Shown here: positions 25,220-37,109 of the stretch, in pieces
Position numbering within the stretch: position 1 is the stretch's first letter
How the letters are laid out: each line of letters opens with the position of its first letter
Source: Takakia lepidozioides
Lineage: Eukaryota; Plantae; Bryophyta
Direction: 5' to 3'
Assembly (NCBI GenBank): GCA_030704615.1
Contig: CM060732.1
Span: forward strand, 63,612,001 to 63,676,000
Length of the DNA stretch: 64,000 nt
Translations under genes and position numbers: made by a program
Notes under the pieces: model-generated
Told to the model about the DNA's origin: nothing
The model's input: the letters and a program-made list of their open reading frames with translations, nothing else
The model's database searches: none

Positions 25220-25904
25220 CCTGGGGGGTGCACTCTTTATAAAATGTCCGTATCACGTGCGTTCGCCGCCTAATAAAAAAACCTCCTATATACGGGTCCT
25301 TGGATCATTTATACCCCCTCTGTACATACATTTTGAAGATTATAAAACCCCATCTTGTAAATATATAGAAATTTTTAATTTTTAAAAAGTACCGCTTTCT
25401 GTATGTATATTTTCTTTTTCAATAATTAAAAAATACCCTCAAATATGTATATGTATGTTTTTTATATTATATCAAGTTTATTCATTTAAAAATAGAATAA
25501 AATCTAATAAATTAATTAAAAAAAATCTTTTTGCCCTCGATAAAACTTGCTGTGGAATCATAATCAGATGCAGAGAGGAAAGGGACATTGTCAATGCCCG
25601 ATGTGCAAGAGGCCTGAAGAAAGTTTCTATTTTCTGATATACAGTCCTGGGTATTTTCATCAGAGAGTGACCCTCTTGAAGACCATCAAGACCTAGTCAC
25701 TGCACCTCTGTTCATCAACTAGGACAGTTTCTGAACTTGTTCTACAGTTTCAACCTTCGCAAGGTCCAATTATGTTCAAAACCTAATGTTGAGAATTCCT
25801 CTCCAAAAAGAGATTTCGTGCGCCTTTGCTGCCACTGTTGGAGTCCAACCTGACTCGCAGCTGACAGAGTTCAATACATTCAATTAGGTGACAAACATTT
25901 CATT

Positions 25905-26170
25905 TCACCAATACTCCCCACAAGAACAAACATCATTTTGGAAGTGGTGAAAGCGGTTTGCATCCCGTACAACAATCTCTTGCTTAGCTATCTTTGAGAT
26001 GAATTTGGTGGCTGTGTGGCAATCACCACACATCCGAAGATTCCTGATGATCCCCAAAGACATCCCAGAGGGTGTGTTGATAAGCCCAAAAACAATGGCC
26101 AGCTTCTCATTGTGGTGGCAAAGAGACGATTTTTTAAGCTCTTCCTCAACATCATGCAATGCAAAGCGGG
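25905..26170 (-). pseudogene. C-terminal half of a DYW deaminase domain
   Basis: LHDVEEE...HHNEKLAIVFGL...NLRMCGDCH...VVRDANRFHHF...CSCGEYW-stop. Confidence 0.92.
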
Positions 26171-27885
26171 CTTCACCCCTTCGCACATCATTTGCTCATA
26201 GGTCTCCAAAGCCTCCATCGCGCGCCCTTGCTGTGCATATCCTGCAATCATCGCACTGCATGACAGCACATCTCGTTCAGCCATACCGTTGAACACTCCC
26301 TTCATACATATCCACGAGGGTATTGTTCATAATGACATTTGATACAATTGCAAATCTGACAATGTCGCCATGGACCTCTTTGCCCTTTTTCAAAGCTGAC
26401 ACGCTTGCACACACATTGCAAATGTACACAAACGTGATGTGGTCGGGCTTCACCCCTTTCCCCCATCATTTGATCATAGGTCTCCAAAGCCTCCATACCA
26501 CGTCCCTGCAAGCACCGCACTCCACGACACCACACCTCGTTCAGCCATGGAAACTCCTTTCGCATCTTAATGCACCCACATTTGGCATACATGTCCACCA
26601 GGGGAGTGTTCAGAATGACATCTGGTACAATTCCAGCTTTGACAATGTCACCATGGACCTCTTTCCCCTTTTCCAGAGCTCGCAGGCTTGGACACGCATT
26701 GCATCCTGCCAACATTATATTCCACGTGATCAAAGATCGTTGAGGCATTCTGTTGAACACTTGGTGAGCATCAATGATGCTCCCGCACATAACATACATG
26801 TTGACAAGGGTGTTGAGTAGAAAAACATTGTGGACTCCCTCTCTTGATCCTCTTTCAGAAGTTGTGGTCATGGTTGAGGTGCCTGATTTTATCAACTGTG
26901 CCGCTGCAGCTGCTGCCTTTAGTTGACCATCTACCCATGCAGGTTTCTTGTAGCTACTGACCCCCACATGGAATCAAGGTAATCTGGAGCTTGAAGTCCA
27001 GCCCTCTTGGATGAATTTGGACCCACACTCTATCCATGCTCATTCAGGAAAAAACAGGGAAAAACTTTGATAACAGGGAAAAACAGGCTGAAATGTGTTG
27101 AAGAAGGTACCTTCATTAGCAGCGCCTTATTCTATCAAATGCATTGCTGCCGCTGCTGTTTCCAGTTGACTATCTACCCACGCAGCTTTCTTGTAGCTAT
27201 TGATCCGCAGGGAATCAGAAGTAATCTTGTGTTTAAAATCGACCTCTTGGATGAATCGTGTTCCTCGACACCACCTCGTTCAGCCATAGTGTTGAACACT
27301 CCCTCCGCATCCTCAATGCTCCCACAATGGCATACATGTCCACAAGGGTATTGTTCATAATCACATCCGGTACAATTCCAGCTTTGGTGATGCAACCATG
27401 CACCTCTTTGTCCTTTTCCATGGCTGCAGGCTTGCACACGCACTGCAAAGCACACAAACATGATGTGGTCGAGCTTCACCCTTTCCCCCATCATCTGCTT
27501 TCAGGTCTCCAAAGCCCCATCTCGTGCTCATGCTCTGCACACCCTGCAAGCATCACATTCCACGACACCACATCTCATTCAGCCATAGTGTTGAATACTC
27601 CCTTGGCATCCTCAATGCTCCCACATTTGGCATACATGGCCACCAGAGCAATGTTCAGGATGACATCTGGTACAATTACAGATTTGATGATGTCACCAGG
27701 GATCTCTTTGCCCTTTTCCAGGGCTGCCAGACGCACTGCAAACGCACACAAACGTTATGTGGGCGGTTTCACCCCTTCCCCCGTCATTTGCTCATAGGTC
27801 TCCAAAGCCTCCATCCCGCACCCCTGTTGTGCATACCCTGCAAACATCACAATCCACGACACCACATCTCGTTCAGCCATAGTGT
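26170..27885 (-). pseudogene. Scrambled PLS PPR repeat fragments with non-PPR spacers
   Basis: Repeated LVDMYAKCG, ERDVVSW, ALETYEQM and LEKGKEVHGDI motifs with frameshifts, interleaved with KKPAWVDGQ-type spacer segments. Confidence 0.88.
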
Positions 27886-28299
27886 TCAGAATGACAGGTA
27901 ATCTGACAGGCATTCACCTTTTTGCATTCACCTTTTTGCCTCGGTTGTCCCACCATTGACTGGGGTCAGAAAAGTATTCATTCCACAGCTTCTCCTCATC
28001 TCTGTACCTCTTTTAGGATACTTTCATGTTGTCAGTTGGGAGTATCATGTCAAAGTCACTCCAAACTATCAAAGATTCACTCAACCAGCTAACTTGCAGA
28101 ATTCAATATGGATATTTAGGGCCGATTCTGATACGAGGGAAAAACAGGGTGAAATGTGTTGAAGAAGGTGCCTTCATTAGCAACGCTTGATTTTATCAAT
28201 TGTGCCGCTGCTGCTGCAGCTTCCACTTGACCATCTATCCATGCAGGTTTCTTGTAGGTAATCATAAGTAATCTGGAAAACGGCTCCTGGCAAATGACC

Positions 28300-29165
28300 T
28301 TCATCTTCCCAGACAATCTTCTCAGCTCAGCATGGATTTCCTTAATTCTGGGATGCAACTTGTCATCTACAACGAAGGTGTGCACCCTGTTGCAAACCTC
28401 AATGCAGCAGCGACCTGGCTCCTTTTCAACCCCTCTTACCTTCATCATTCTTCTCACCTTTACAGTATCAACCCACCTGCCAGCTACAACATAGATGTTT
28501 GATAGCAACATAAGTCGCGACATCCTGTTCATTCCACTTGAGGATAGATGTTGCCGCACGTTCAGGTCCACTGCCTCATCCAGTTGTCCCGCACGTCCAA
28601 GAAGGTCCACCATGCAGCCAAAGTGCTATACTGTCGGAGTGACACCATGATCTTGAATCAGGGAATCGAAGTAGCGTCTTCCTTCATTCAGAAGGCCAGT
28701 GTGGCTGCATACAGAGAGAACACAAACTGCTTCAAGCCGTTCTTTTGCATTCCTTCAAATTGTTGCAGGACCTCCCTATGACAACCATGCTGTGCATATC
28801 CTGCGATCATTGCATTCCACGACACCACATCTCATTCAGCCATATTGTCGAACACTCCCTTTGCATCCTCCATGCACCCACATTTGGCATACATGTCCAC
28901 CAGGGCAGTGTTTATGATCACATTTGGTACAATTCCAGCTCTGACGATGTCGACATGCACCTCTTCGCCCTTTTCCAGGGCTGCCAGGCTTGCACACGCA
29001 CTGCAAACGCACACAAACGTGATGTGGTTAGGCTTCACCCCGTCGCACATCATTTGCTCATAGGTCTCCAAAGCCTCCATCCCACGTCCCTGCTGTGCAT
29101 ACCCTGCAAGCACCGCACTCCACGACACCACACCTCGTTCAACCATAGTGTCGAACACTCCCTTT
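28300..29165 (-). pseudogene. PPR P/L/S, E/E+ and PG-box fragment
   Basis: CMVDLLGRAGQLDEA, LLSNIYVVAGRW and KEPGRCCIEV...HTFVVDDKLHP...LSGKMK. Confidence 0.9.
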
Positions 29166-29704
29166 GACTTTGTAAATGAAGATAGGTCCCTTTGATGGGG
29201 CATGGATTGAAGTGGTTTCGCAGTCCTACTTGTTGTTTCCTCCTCGCCATGTCCATCTTCTGCTTTGGGGCGGGGTCTAGGGCTGGCAAGGTTTTAGCAA
29301 CCAGTGTCATGACTCTCTCTCTCCTCCTCTTTGTTCTGCCCAATTTGGGTGCAGGGTCTATGGCCACAAGGCTATCATGAGTACTTTCTTCCTCACACAC
29401 ACCTCTTCCTGTTCCGCCCCAACTGGGCACGGACTGGGTAAATGGCCACAATGCAATGGCATCCGTCGTATGAGTACATTTTTCTCTCTCTACTCTTGGC
29501 AATAGACTGAAATTGAAATGCAGGTCGGGGAGTATACCTTTGAACAAACAAACAGATGCAGAGATGAGAGGTAGCCTGTCAATGCCCGACGTGCGGGAAG
29601 CCTGAAGACTAAACATTTTCTGATACATTTCCGGTGTACACTCCCATCTGAGAGCGACCCTCTTCACTTACATCAAGAACAGATCCTTGCACAGCAGTTC
29701 GCCA

Positions 29705-29915
29705 AGATGCACCCACATTTTGCAAACATGTCCACCAGGGTATTGTTTAGAATGACAGCTGGTACAATTCCAGCTCTGAAGATGTCGCCATGGACCTCTT
29801 TCCCCTTTTCCAGAGCTGCCAAGGCAGTGTTTAGAATGACATTTGGTACAATTCCAGCTTTGACGATATCCCCATGCACCTCTTTGCCCTTCTCTAGGGC
29901 TGCCAAGCTTGCACG
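29705..29915 (-). pseudogene. PPR L/S motif fragment, partly duplicated
   Basis: ASLAALEKGKEVHGDIVKAGIVPNV occurs twice, then LVDMFAKCG. Confidence 0.8.
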
Positions 29916-30267
29916 ACGCCACATCTTGTTCAGCCATCTTTGCGGAAGGGAAGGCAAACGCGGGAGTGGAGATGAGAGGAGGAGAGGGAAAAGAGAAAGT
30001 CGCGGGAGGGAAGGGGAGAAAGATCGCGGGGAGAGAGAAAAAAAAAAAACCAAACAAAAGGAATTGATCCCGCGGTGCATCGCAGCCTAATCGTCGTTCT
30101 TACCACTACACTACCCCTGAAAACTCAACAACCCCTTCCTGTAATATTATATTTAAGGTGTTTTAGACCCCCCTCTGTATGTATAATGTTGTACATGGGG
30201 GGGTTTAAAATACCCCTCCTGTGCACGCACGTGGCTGGTACATTTAATGAGGAGTGCACCCCCCAGG

Positions 30268-32270
30268 CCTGAATCCTATGATGGTTTTGTGGTGTCTCTA
30301 GCAGGACAAACCAACTTAACTATTGATGTTGTCATAGGACTTCTCCTCAAGGAGGAAACAAGAAGAAAAGGTCAAGGTACGTCTACAGAAGTAGACAGAG
30401 CTTTATTCACAGGCAAGACTGGAGTAGTCTTGAATAGAAGACTCCCTTCACATGTGTCTCAGAAGTCCCAGAGATTTTAGAAACCTCAATCTAGCTCAAA
30501 GATCAAAAAGGCCAAAGTAAAGTGTTTTTATTGCAAGAAACTTGGTCACATGATCAAGGATTGTAGAAAGCGCATTGCAGATGAGCGCAACAGAGAGGGT
30601 CAAGGGAACATAGCTACTCATCAGAGGAACGCTATTCTATTTGTTGTGTCTCTCTCAGTCATTACTAGACAGAAGCATGTGTGGTATGTTGATTCAGGAG
30701 CATCTCAATATATGAGTTCAGAGAGAGAGCATTTCTTATCCTATAGATCTCTTTCACCTACACAATATGTTCTTTTGGGAGATGATAGCAAGCATGCCAT
30801 TAGTGGGGAAGGCTCAGTCTCTTATGCTCAATGAAGGGGAAACCATAGAGGTGGAAAATGTCCTACATGTCCCTACTTCAACAAAGAACCTGTTGTCTGT
30901 AAGGCAAATTGTTGCAAAGGGATACAAAGTGGTATTCCAAGATGAGAATTGTACTATCACAGATAGCTCAGGAGCTGTGGTAGCAAGAGCTATTCTTGAT
31001 AATTGCTTGTATAGATTACAACATCATGTCTCTAGTGCTCTTACCACATTTTCACCACAGTTGGGATCTACACCTGTCATGTCAGAAACAGAGTTGTGGC
31101 ATAGAAGGTTAGGTCATGTGAGCATTAAGAAGTTGAGACAGATGCAACTCTCAAGCCATCTTGTGGAAGGACTACCATTGAAGGAGATGAGCGATATGCG
31201 TCTCTGCAAAGGTTGCTTGGAAGGGAAGCAACATCGAGGTCAATTTCCTAAGGATGGTGGACGAAGAGCCATAAATATATTGGATATTGTACATTCTGAT
31301 GTGTGCGGGCCAATGCAAACCATATCACTTGGAGGAGCAAGGTACTTTGTGACATTCATTGATGATTTGTCAAGGAGGGTTGTGGTGAATTTTCTAAGGC
31401 AGAAAAGTCAAGTGCTAGAGAAATTCAAGGAGTTCAAAGTACTTGCAGAAAAACAAACTAGAAAGCCTCTTAAGATTTTGAGATCTGACAATGGTGGTGA
31501 GTACATCTCAAAGGTTTTCAATCAGTTTTGTCAAGAGAATGGAATAGCTTGACAGCTTATTGTTCCATATACACCTGAGTAGAATGGTGTAGCTGAGCGG
31601 ATGAATAGATCGCAGCAAGAATATGCAAGGAGCATGTTGAAAGAAGTGAATCTTTCAAATCATTTTTGGGCAGAAGTTGTTGGCGCTGCAGCATATCTTC
31701 ACAACAGAATACCTACCAAATCAGTGTTGGGAAAAACACCAGAAGAGGTATGGAGTGGTCAGAAGCCTAGTGTGGCTCATTATAGGATTTTCTGGATGTC
31801 GTGCATGTGTCCATATTCATACTCAGAAGCGAAGGAAACTTGACTCCAAATTAGAAGGATGCATCTTCATTGGCTACACAGAAGGTGTGAAGGGATATAA
31901 GTTGTTCAATGAGACAACTAAGGCTGTCAAACACAGCAGGGATGGCTCTAAGCTCATTCCCATGTCATCTTCTCCCACTACCAAAGAGGGTATGAAGCCT
32001 TCATCAAACACTACGTCCACCATTTCCAAGAGGAGTCTTATGAGGAGCCAATACAAGAGATGGCTGAAGCAAATGATGAGGTGTTCAACTTGATGGAGTT
32101 GATAAAGGAGTCAAAGTTGGTGAACCACTTGTTGATATGGACTCTAGAGATGAAGTTGAAGATGTGCCAATTCTAAGGAGATCTCAGCGGGAAACCTAGT
32201 AGGCTGATTACATCTATGAGTGCCATTGAAGCTATGGAAGAAGCATCACAAATGGTTGAGCCTGCTACAC
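30268..32270 (+). pseudogene. Copia gag 3' part, protease and integrase up to the RT start
   Basis: Zinc knuckle, DSGAS, KNLLSV, LWHRRLGH, integrase core and GCIFIGY. Ends at EPAT. Confidence 0.9.
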
Positions 32271-32805
32271 ATTTACTCGATCTCTGCTGATTTGAATACC
32301 AATACAAAACCGAATCTCACCCATGTCAGTCATGGCAAACTCAGCACTCAATAGTGCTTTGGTTTCTGGCAACAACCTTTGACGATCGTTGGTGACAATG
32401 ATTGTGTCATCCACATATAGAGCTATGACCACAAATTGCTCTCCCATCTTTTTCACATAGATGTTTGTGTCAGCAATGCTTTGCTCAAATCTTGCCTTTA
32501 AGAGGTAAGCATCGATCCTGGCATACCAAGCTCGAGAACTTTGTTTGAGTCCATACAAACTCTTTTGCAGCTTACACACAATATCACTTCCTCCTTGTAC
32601 AAACCCTTTAGGTTGTCTCTTGTAGATCTCTTCTTGTAGTTCTCTATTCAGAAATGTCGTCTTAACATCCATTTGATGAACTTCGTGATCATGTTGAGCT
32701 GTAAGAGCTAACAACACTCTGGTAGAAGAAATCTTCACCGCTGGTGAGAATGTTTCATTGTAATCCACTCCTTGAATTTGTGCATAGCCCTTAGTTACAA
32801 GACAC
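32265..32805 (-). pseudogene. Copia reverse transcriptase fragment, inverted
   Basis: LVTKGYAQIQGVDYNETFSP, HQMDVKTTFLN, LYGLKQSSRAW and LYVDD on the minus strand. Confidence 0.92.
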
Positions 32806-33756
32806 GCTGCTTGGGACTTAGACACTTTTACGGGTTCTGTGGAGTACCCTTATTTTTTGCACAGACTTACAAATGGTACACTTGGACCAGCTGTCGAACG
32901 GCTTTTACTCACCCATCCCTTCACTATCCGAGGTGGAAACTCCAAGATAGAAGAGTTGGATATCTCTAAGCACTCAGCCCGCTCAGTACTATCAGTCATG
33001 ACCTGCAGCTAGTGAATCATGGTTGTGCTTCCCATTTGTATTCCTTCTTGCCTTCATGTTATCAATTTACCTTATCTGATACTGAAGCATCAGATTGCTT
33101 CAGTATCTACTTAGTTCCAGTTAATCATGCATTCATTTCACAACTTCACTCATGTCTCTCTACATAGTGTGATTGTATCGAATAAGTATCAGATTATGAT
33201 TTATCAGGTATCAGGCCAATGCCATGGTGACTCTAATCCGCCCTACAGTATCACTACAGCTCTGCATGTAATAGGCATCTACTGTTCATCTTTCCTCCTT
33301 CTCTATGCTCTCGTTCTTGCTCTCCGCCTGATCTCCTCTTCCCATGACCCAGTAGCGTTCCCCGTGAAGTGATCCTCTTTCCGTTGCCGCTCTCCTTATC
33401 TGCCCGCAAGCTGTTCTAACCACCTAACTAACTAACCGTCATCCCTGAAGTAACACGTTCTCTCTGCAGTTATCGTTCCCTCACAGTCGTTCCCTGTCTA
33501 TGATAACTGTTCCCCATGTACTGTGACAGGCTGTGTCAAGTTGTGCCGAGCTGTGACTGGCTGTGTCAAGCTTTGCCGAGCTGTGACTGGCTGTGTAAGG
33601 CTGTGTCGGGCTGTGACTGGCTGTGCCGGGCTGTATAACCCCCCTAAAGCCTGCTGCTGCCACCCCTAAGGCTCCTGTTGGTCTCAGTCTGCGCAAAAAT
33701 TAAGGGTACCCCACAGAACCCGTAAAAGCGTCTAAGTCCGAAGCAGCCCTCTAACA
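32806..33756 (-). mobile_element. 3' LTR with 62-bp subterminal inverted repeats and 10/30-bp internal tandem repeats
   Basis: Begins TGTTAGAGG on the minus strand, right after a polypurine tract at 33757-33775. 32806-32867 is an inverted copy of 33686-33747. CTGTG repeats at 33521-33635. Confidence 0.7.
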
Positions 33757-33789
33757 TTTATCCCTCCCCTCTCTCAAAAAGCCGTGTCC

Positions 33790-35350
33790 TCACGGTTTAC
33801 TGTTTGGGATTAGCAAACCTTTGTGAATGAGCACCCTTCTGACGGTGAGAGTCTCGTGAAGGACTCCGTGTGCGAGCCCGAGTCCTGTCATTGGTTGACG
33901 GAGATGATTGAGCACTACCTGGAAATGTCTGACCCTCCTTTGGCTAATAACGAGGTAACCTCTCAGGCATAGGAGATCCCCGTCGTTTCTTCTCTGCCAT
34001 CTGAAGTGCATAGTCCTCTGCCATGTCAAAAGAGTCCGCTGAAGAAACAGTAGTGTTTGAATCCTCGTCTCCCCTTAGGTGTTTTAACGGCCGAACTTTA
34101 AGTGGAATCCTGTGTGGCATACAATGTGGTCCGACCACATCTGGAAGTTTAAATTGTACAACTTGCTGTAAGCGCTGGCAAACAAAATTAGTGAACGTCC
34201 TCAACTCCTTATCTGTATAGGTAAGAGGTGTGCCAATGACTTTGGAACAGTGTAAGTATTTCCATGCCTCATGTCCCTTAAAGAAAATATCCTCAGGGCC
34301 GAATTTCTGTGTTGTTAAATTGTTCCAAGCCGAATGAAACCATGAACGAAGTTGGGAATCCTTCTACATCATAACTTTTGCATCATATAGGTACATATGA
34401 GGTTACACTGAAGGTAAGACCCAATGATCCCCACTGGAATAACTCAGAAATCGGGATTGCATCCTCTGCTGCTCAATGTGATAACGTGCCAGAAAACAAG
34501 CAGCATAGTATAATCCACAGCCCATGACAATATTTGATACCTCCTTGGTCTTGGTATAAATGTACCCATGTACAACTTGGAAGGCAATTAATTCCTTCAA
34601 CATGGTACCTGCTTCAGACCAGTACCTCGCAAAGTGATGATCCTCAATGGGTCGATTGTTCGGAAGAACCTTAGTCCTAGTTGCCAGTGGCAGCCAAATG
34701 CGCATGATCTGGTAGTAATGTACCAACGATTGCGGAGGACTAAATTCCTTCCAAGCCAAATCCAACACAATGGGAATTTGGTTGAAGGGCATAATCATAG
34801 CCCGACTGTACTCCCGTGCAGCATGAGTCTTAGGTGGGTTAAAAGCAGCATCCCCCCATACCTCAGGCTGTGGTGTGGCTGTAGTAACAACAGGGTCAGC
34901 TACCTGCACAGTCACTTGCAGTGGTATTGGTACCACTGGCCCTTCTACCACTGGCATCTCCTGCACCCCTTGCGAAGAAGACTGAAAAATTAGAGTCCTG
35001 GCATGTAAATAAGTAGCCATTAACTGCTCCTCAGGTACAAAGACTCTCTTGTCAATATTTGAACTCAGGTCATCCACCTGAGTCTGCAGGCCTTCTACAT
35101 CCTCCTGTAGCTCCGCTATCCTACTATAGACATTGTCTATAGTAGTTGTGGCAATGTTTTGCACCTGCAGTCTGAGCTCATTCATCTCGCCCTGGGTGAG
35201 CTTCCGTGGTGCTTTGCCTTCCACCGGCCCTTGTGCTAACCATACCTGCATAAGGTGGTTATCCACCAAGTCGTGTGTGGCACCCCTGAGAGTCTGCTCC
35301 TCCGTGAGTCTGTACACATCTAACTGTTGCTGTAAAGCCTCCATGCGCTT
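33790..35350 (-). pseudogene. Additional ORF of unknown function (about 500 aa) between gag and PPT
   Basis: The 335-aa ORF at 34403-35410 continues in frame through a few stops into the 33944-34204 ORF. It has a coiled-coil segment (IAELQEDVEGLQTQVDDL) and no pol motifs. Confidence 0.65.
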
Positions 35351-35360
35351 TGCATGAGGT

Positions 35361-36877
35361 TCAACCAGGTCTTGGAGCTGGTACCACCTGAGCTGTGGCC
35401 ATGGCAGCAAGCCTTTGCTCTAGTTGCTGAAGCCGGTTGGCCATCCCTTGGTCAACGCCCTGACCTCCACGTCCTTGGCCATACTGTGCTTGCCCTTGTC
35501 CTACACCTCGTGCCTGACCACCTCGTCCTCTCTGAGGTGCTCCACCTCGCCCTTGGCCACCATTGTTCCCTTGGAACTGGCCTTGCTGCAACTCAGGGTG
35601 CAAGTCATAACACTGGGTATCTCCATGCCCATACTTGCCACAATGCCCACACTGCAACTGTGCAGGCTATGCTTGTGCCGGCCTTTTGCCACTCTCTGGG
35701 CAATCTTTCTTGATATGGGGTCCTCCACATGTCCAACATATCACCCCTGGTTGTTGTTGGCCTGCAAAGATGCTATTGGCCTCTGCACCTGAGGTCCCCT
35801 GTAAGCTCCATGGAATTTGGGTTGGGGAACCTTGCCCCCCTGACCACGCCGTTGGGCAGTCCCTTGTGCCTATAGGCTGGTAGTTGCGCCTCGTGCAGGC
35901 ATGTCTTTGCCAAATCCAATGGTAACAACTCGCTCCTCCACCATGTTGAGCTCAATCCGCTCAGCCAGCAGAAACACATTTGCTAATGTGGGTTGGGCTG
36001 CTTGTAACAGGGTTGCATCCCGCACCCTTCTCCTGAGCTCCTTGTCCAAAATTCCATACCAGAATTGGATTGCCTGAGCTTCAGTAACCCCTTGGGTCAC
36101 ACTTATCAAGCGCCTCATACGAGTGTAGGCCTCTCGCAGGCTCTCACTGGATTTGCGCTGGAAGTCTTGCAAACTTCGCAGCTTCTCTGTCCGTACACCT
36201 TGGTAGTTCCTCCGCAACTCCTGGAAGAACTCCACCACCGGGCTGAATCTAGGCACATGTGTTGTAGTCGTGGCAGGAGGAGTAGTAGCACCTTCTGCAG
36301 AAGTACCGGCACTACTTGTTCCACTACTAGTGCTGGCAGTGGGAGATATTGGTGCTGATGCCGCTACTGGTCGCGTTGTGCCTCGAGTAATGGAGACGTA
36401 GTCAGGTGACCAGTACATCCTCCACTCCTCAATCTCTGCTTCATGGCCTTGCCTGAACTCGTGGTAATCGTCCATAGGCGGGCCTTCCAAATGCTGGAGC
36501 AATCCCTTCCACGCCATGAATGGGGTGAACAGCTGTGGATTGCGCATCTACTGCAAATCAGACCAGCTGTCGAACTCCTGGATAAAGTCATCCAGCTCGA
36601 TTGTGCCCACAGCTCCAGAGTACCTACGAGACCCCTTGGTAGCTCCATACATCTCCTCCATGTCGTCCCACAATAATGGCGAAGAAAACTACACACCTGT
36701 TGATGAAGCCTCCGAGTCTATGTCTGACTCTGCACTAGTTGAGGGTGGAGGTGAAGGTGGTCTGAAACGAACACCTCGTCTGGTGAACCCACTCTCACTG
36801 CTACTGCCTGTAGCCGTACTCCCCTCAGAACCCCTGGGTAACTCCGTGATGACACTCACAATGTGCACCTCCCCCAC
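35361..36877 (-). pseudogene. Retrotransposon gag (capsid-like region, CCHC knuckle, RGG tail)
   Basis: RYSG...DDFIQEFDSW, FQRKSSESLREAYTRM, CGHCGKYGHGDTQC and RGG repeats. Confidence 0.8.
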
Positions 36878-37109
36878 GTGACACTATAAGGCTCTAGTAC
36901 TAATTCTAATAGTGACACGGGTGGGCACCTGTTGCAGTTTAAGGGTCATATCCCAGTGGCTCAGGGCACCTGCACCTGCATCCACCGCAAGAACTCCTAT
37001 GGTTGGCTGGTCATCAACCCAGTCTCACCATAGAAGAAACACTGGTCTTGCTGGTCATCACTCCAGCCTCACCACCGACAGCATACTCTAGGATTGACCG
37101 GTGATCAAA

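Larger units (their letters stand above)
25220..30267. mobile_element. Non-autonomous TIR DNA transposon (Pack-MULE- or hAT-like) loaded with PPR-E-DYW fragments
   Basis: TIR CCTGGGGGGTGCACTC / GAGTGCACCCCCCAGG, imperfect out to about 43 bp. Perfect 8-bp TSD CCTGAATC at 25212-25219 and 30268-30275. Removing the element restores the copia codons for LPESY. Confidence 0.92.
24351..32805 (+). mobile_element. Ty1/copia retrotransposon (interrupted, RT inverted, 3' end missing)
   Basis: LTR TGTTGG...CTAACA at 24351-24655 and PBS TGGTATCAGAGCC at 24656-24668. Gag FNGANYQTWKFKM and CFYCKKLGHMIKDC, protease WYVDSGAS, integrase HSDVCGP...LRSDNGGEY in copia order. Confidence 0.92.

Noticed and set aside
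28230-28260. KKPAW as a DYW:KP (U-to-C editing) signature
   Set aside because: It lacks the following AxIEV and downstream DYW sequence. The real DYW pieces here are PG-box type.
25905-29915. A functional host PPR-DYW gene
   Set aside because: It has frameshifts, scrambled domain order and foreign spacers, and lies within TIRs and a TSD inside a copia gag.
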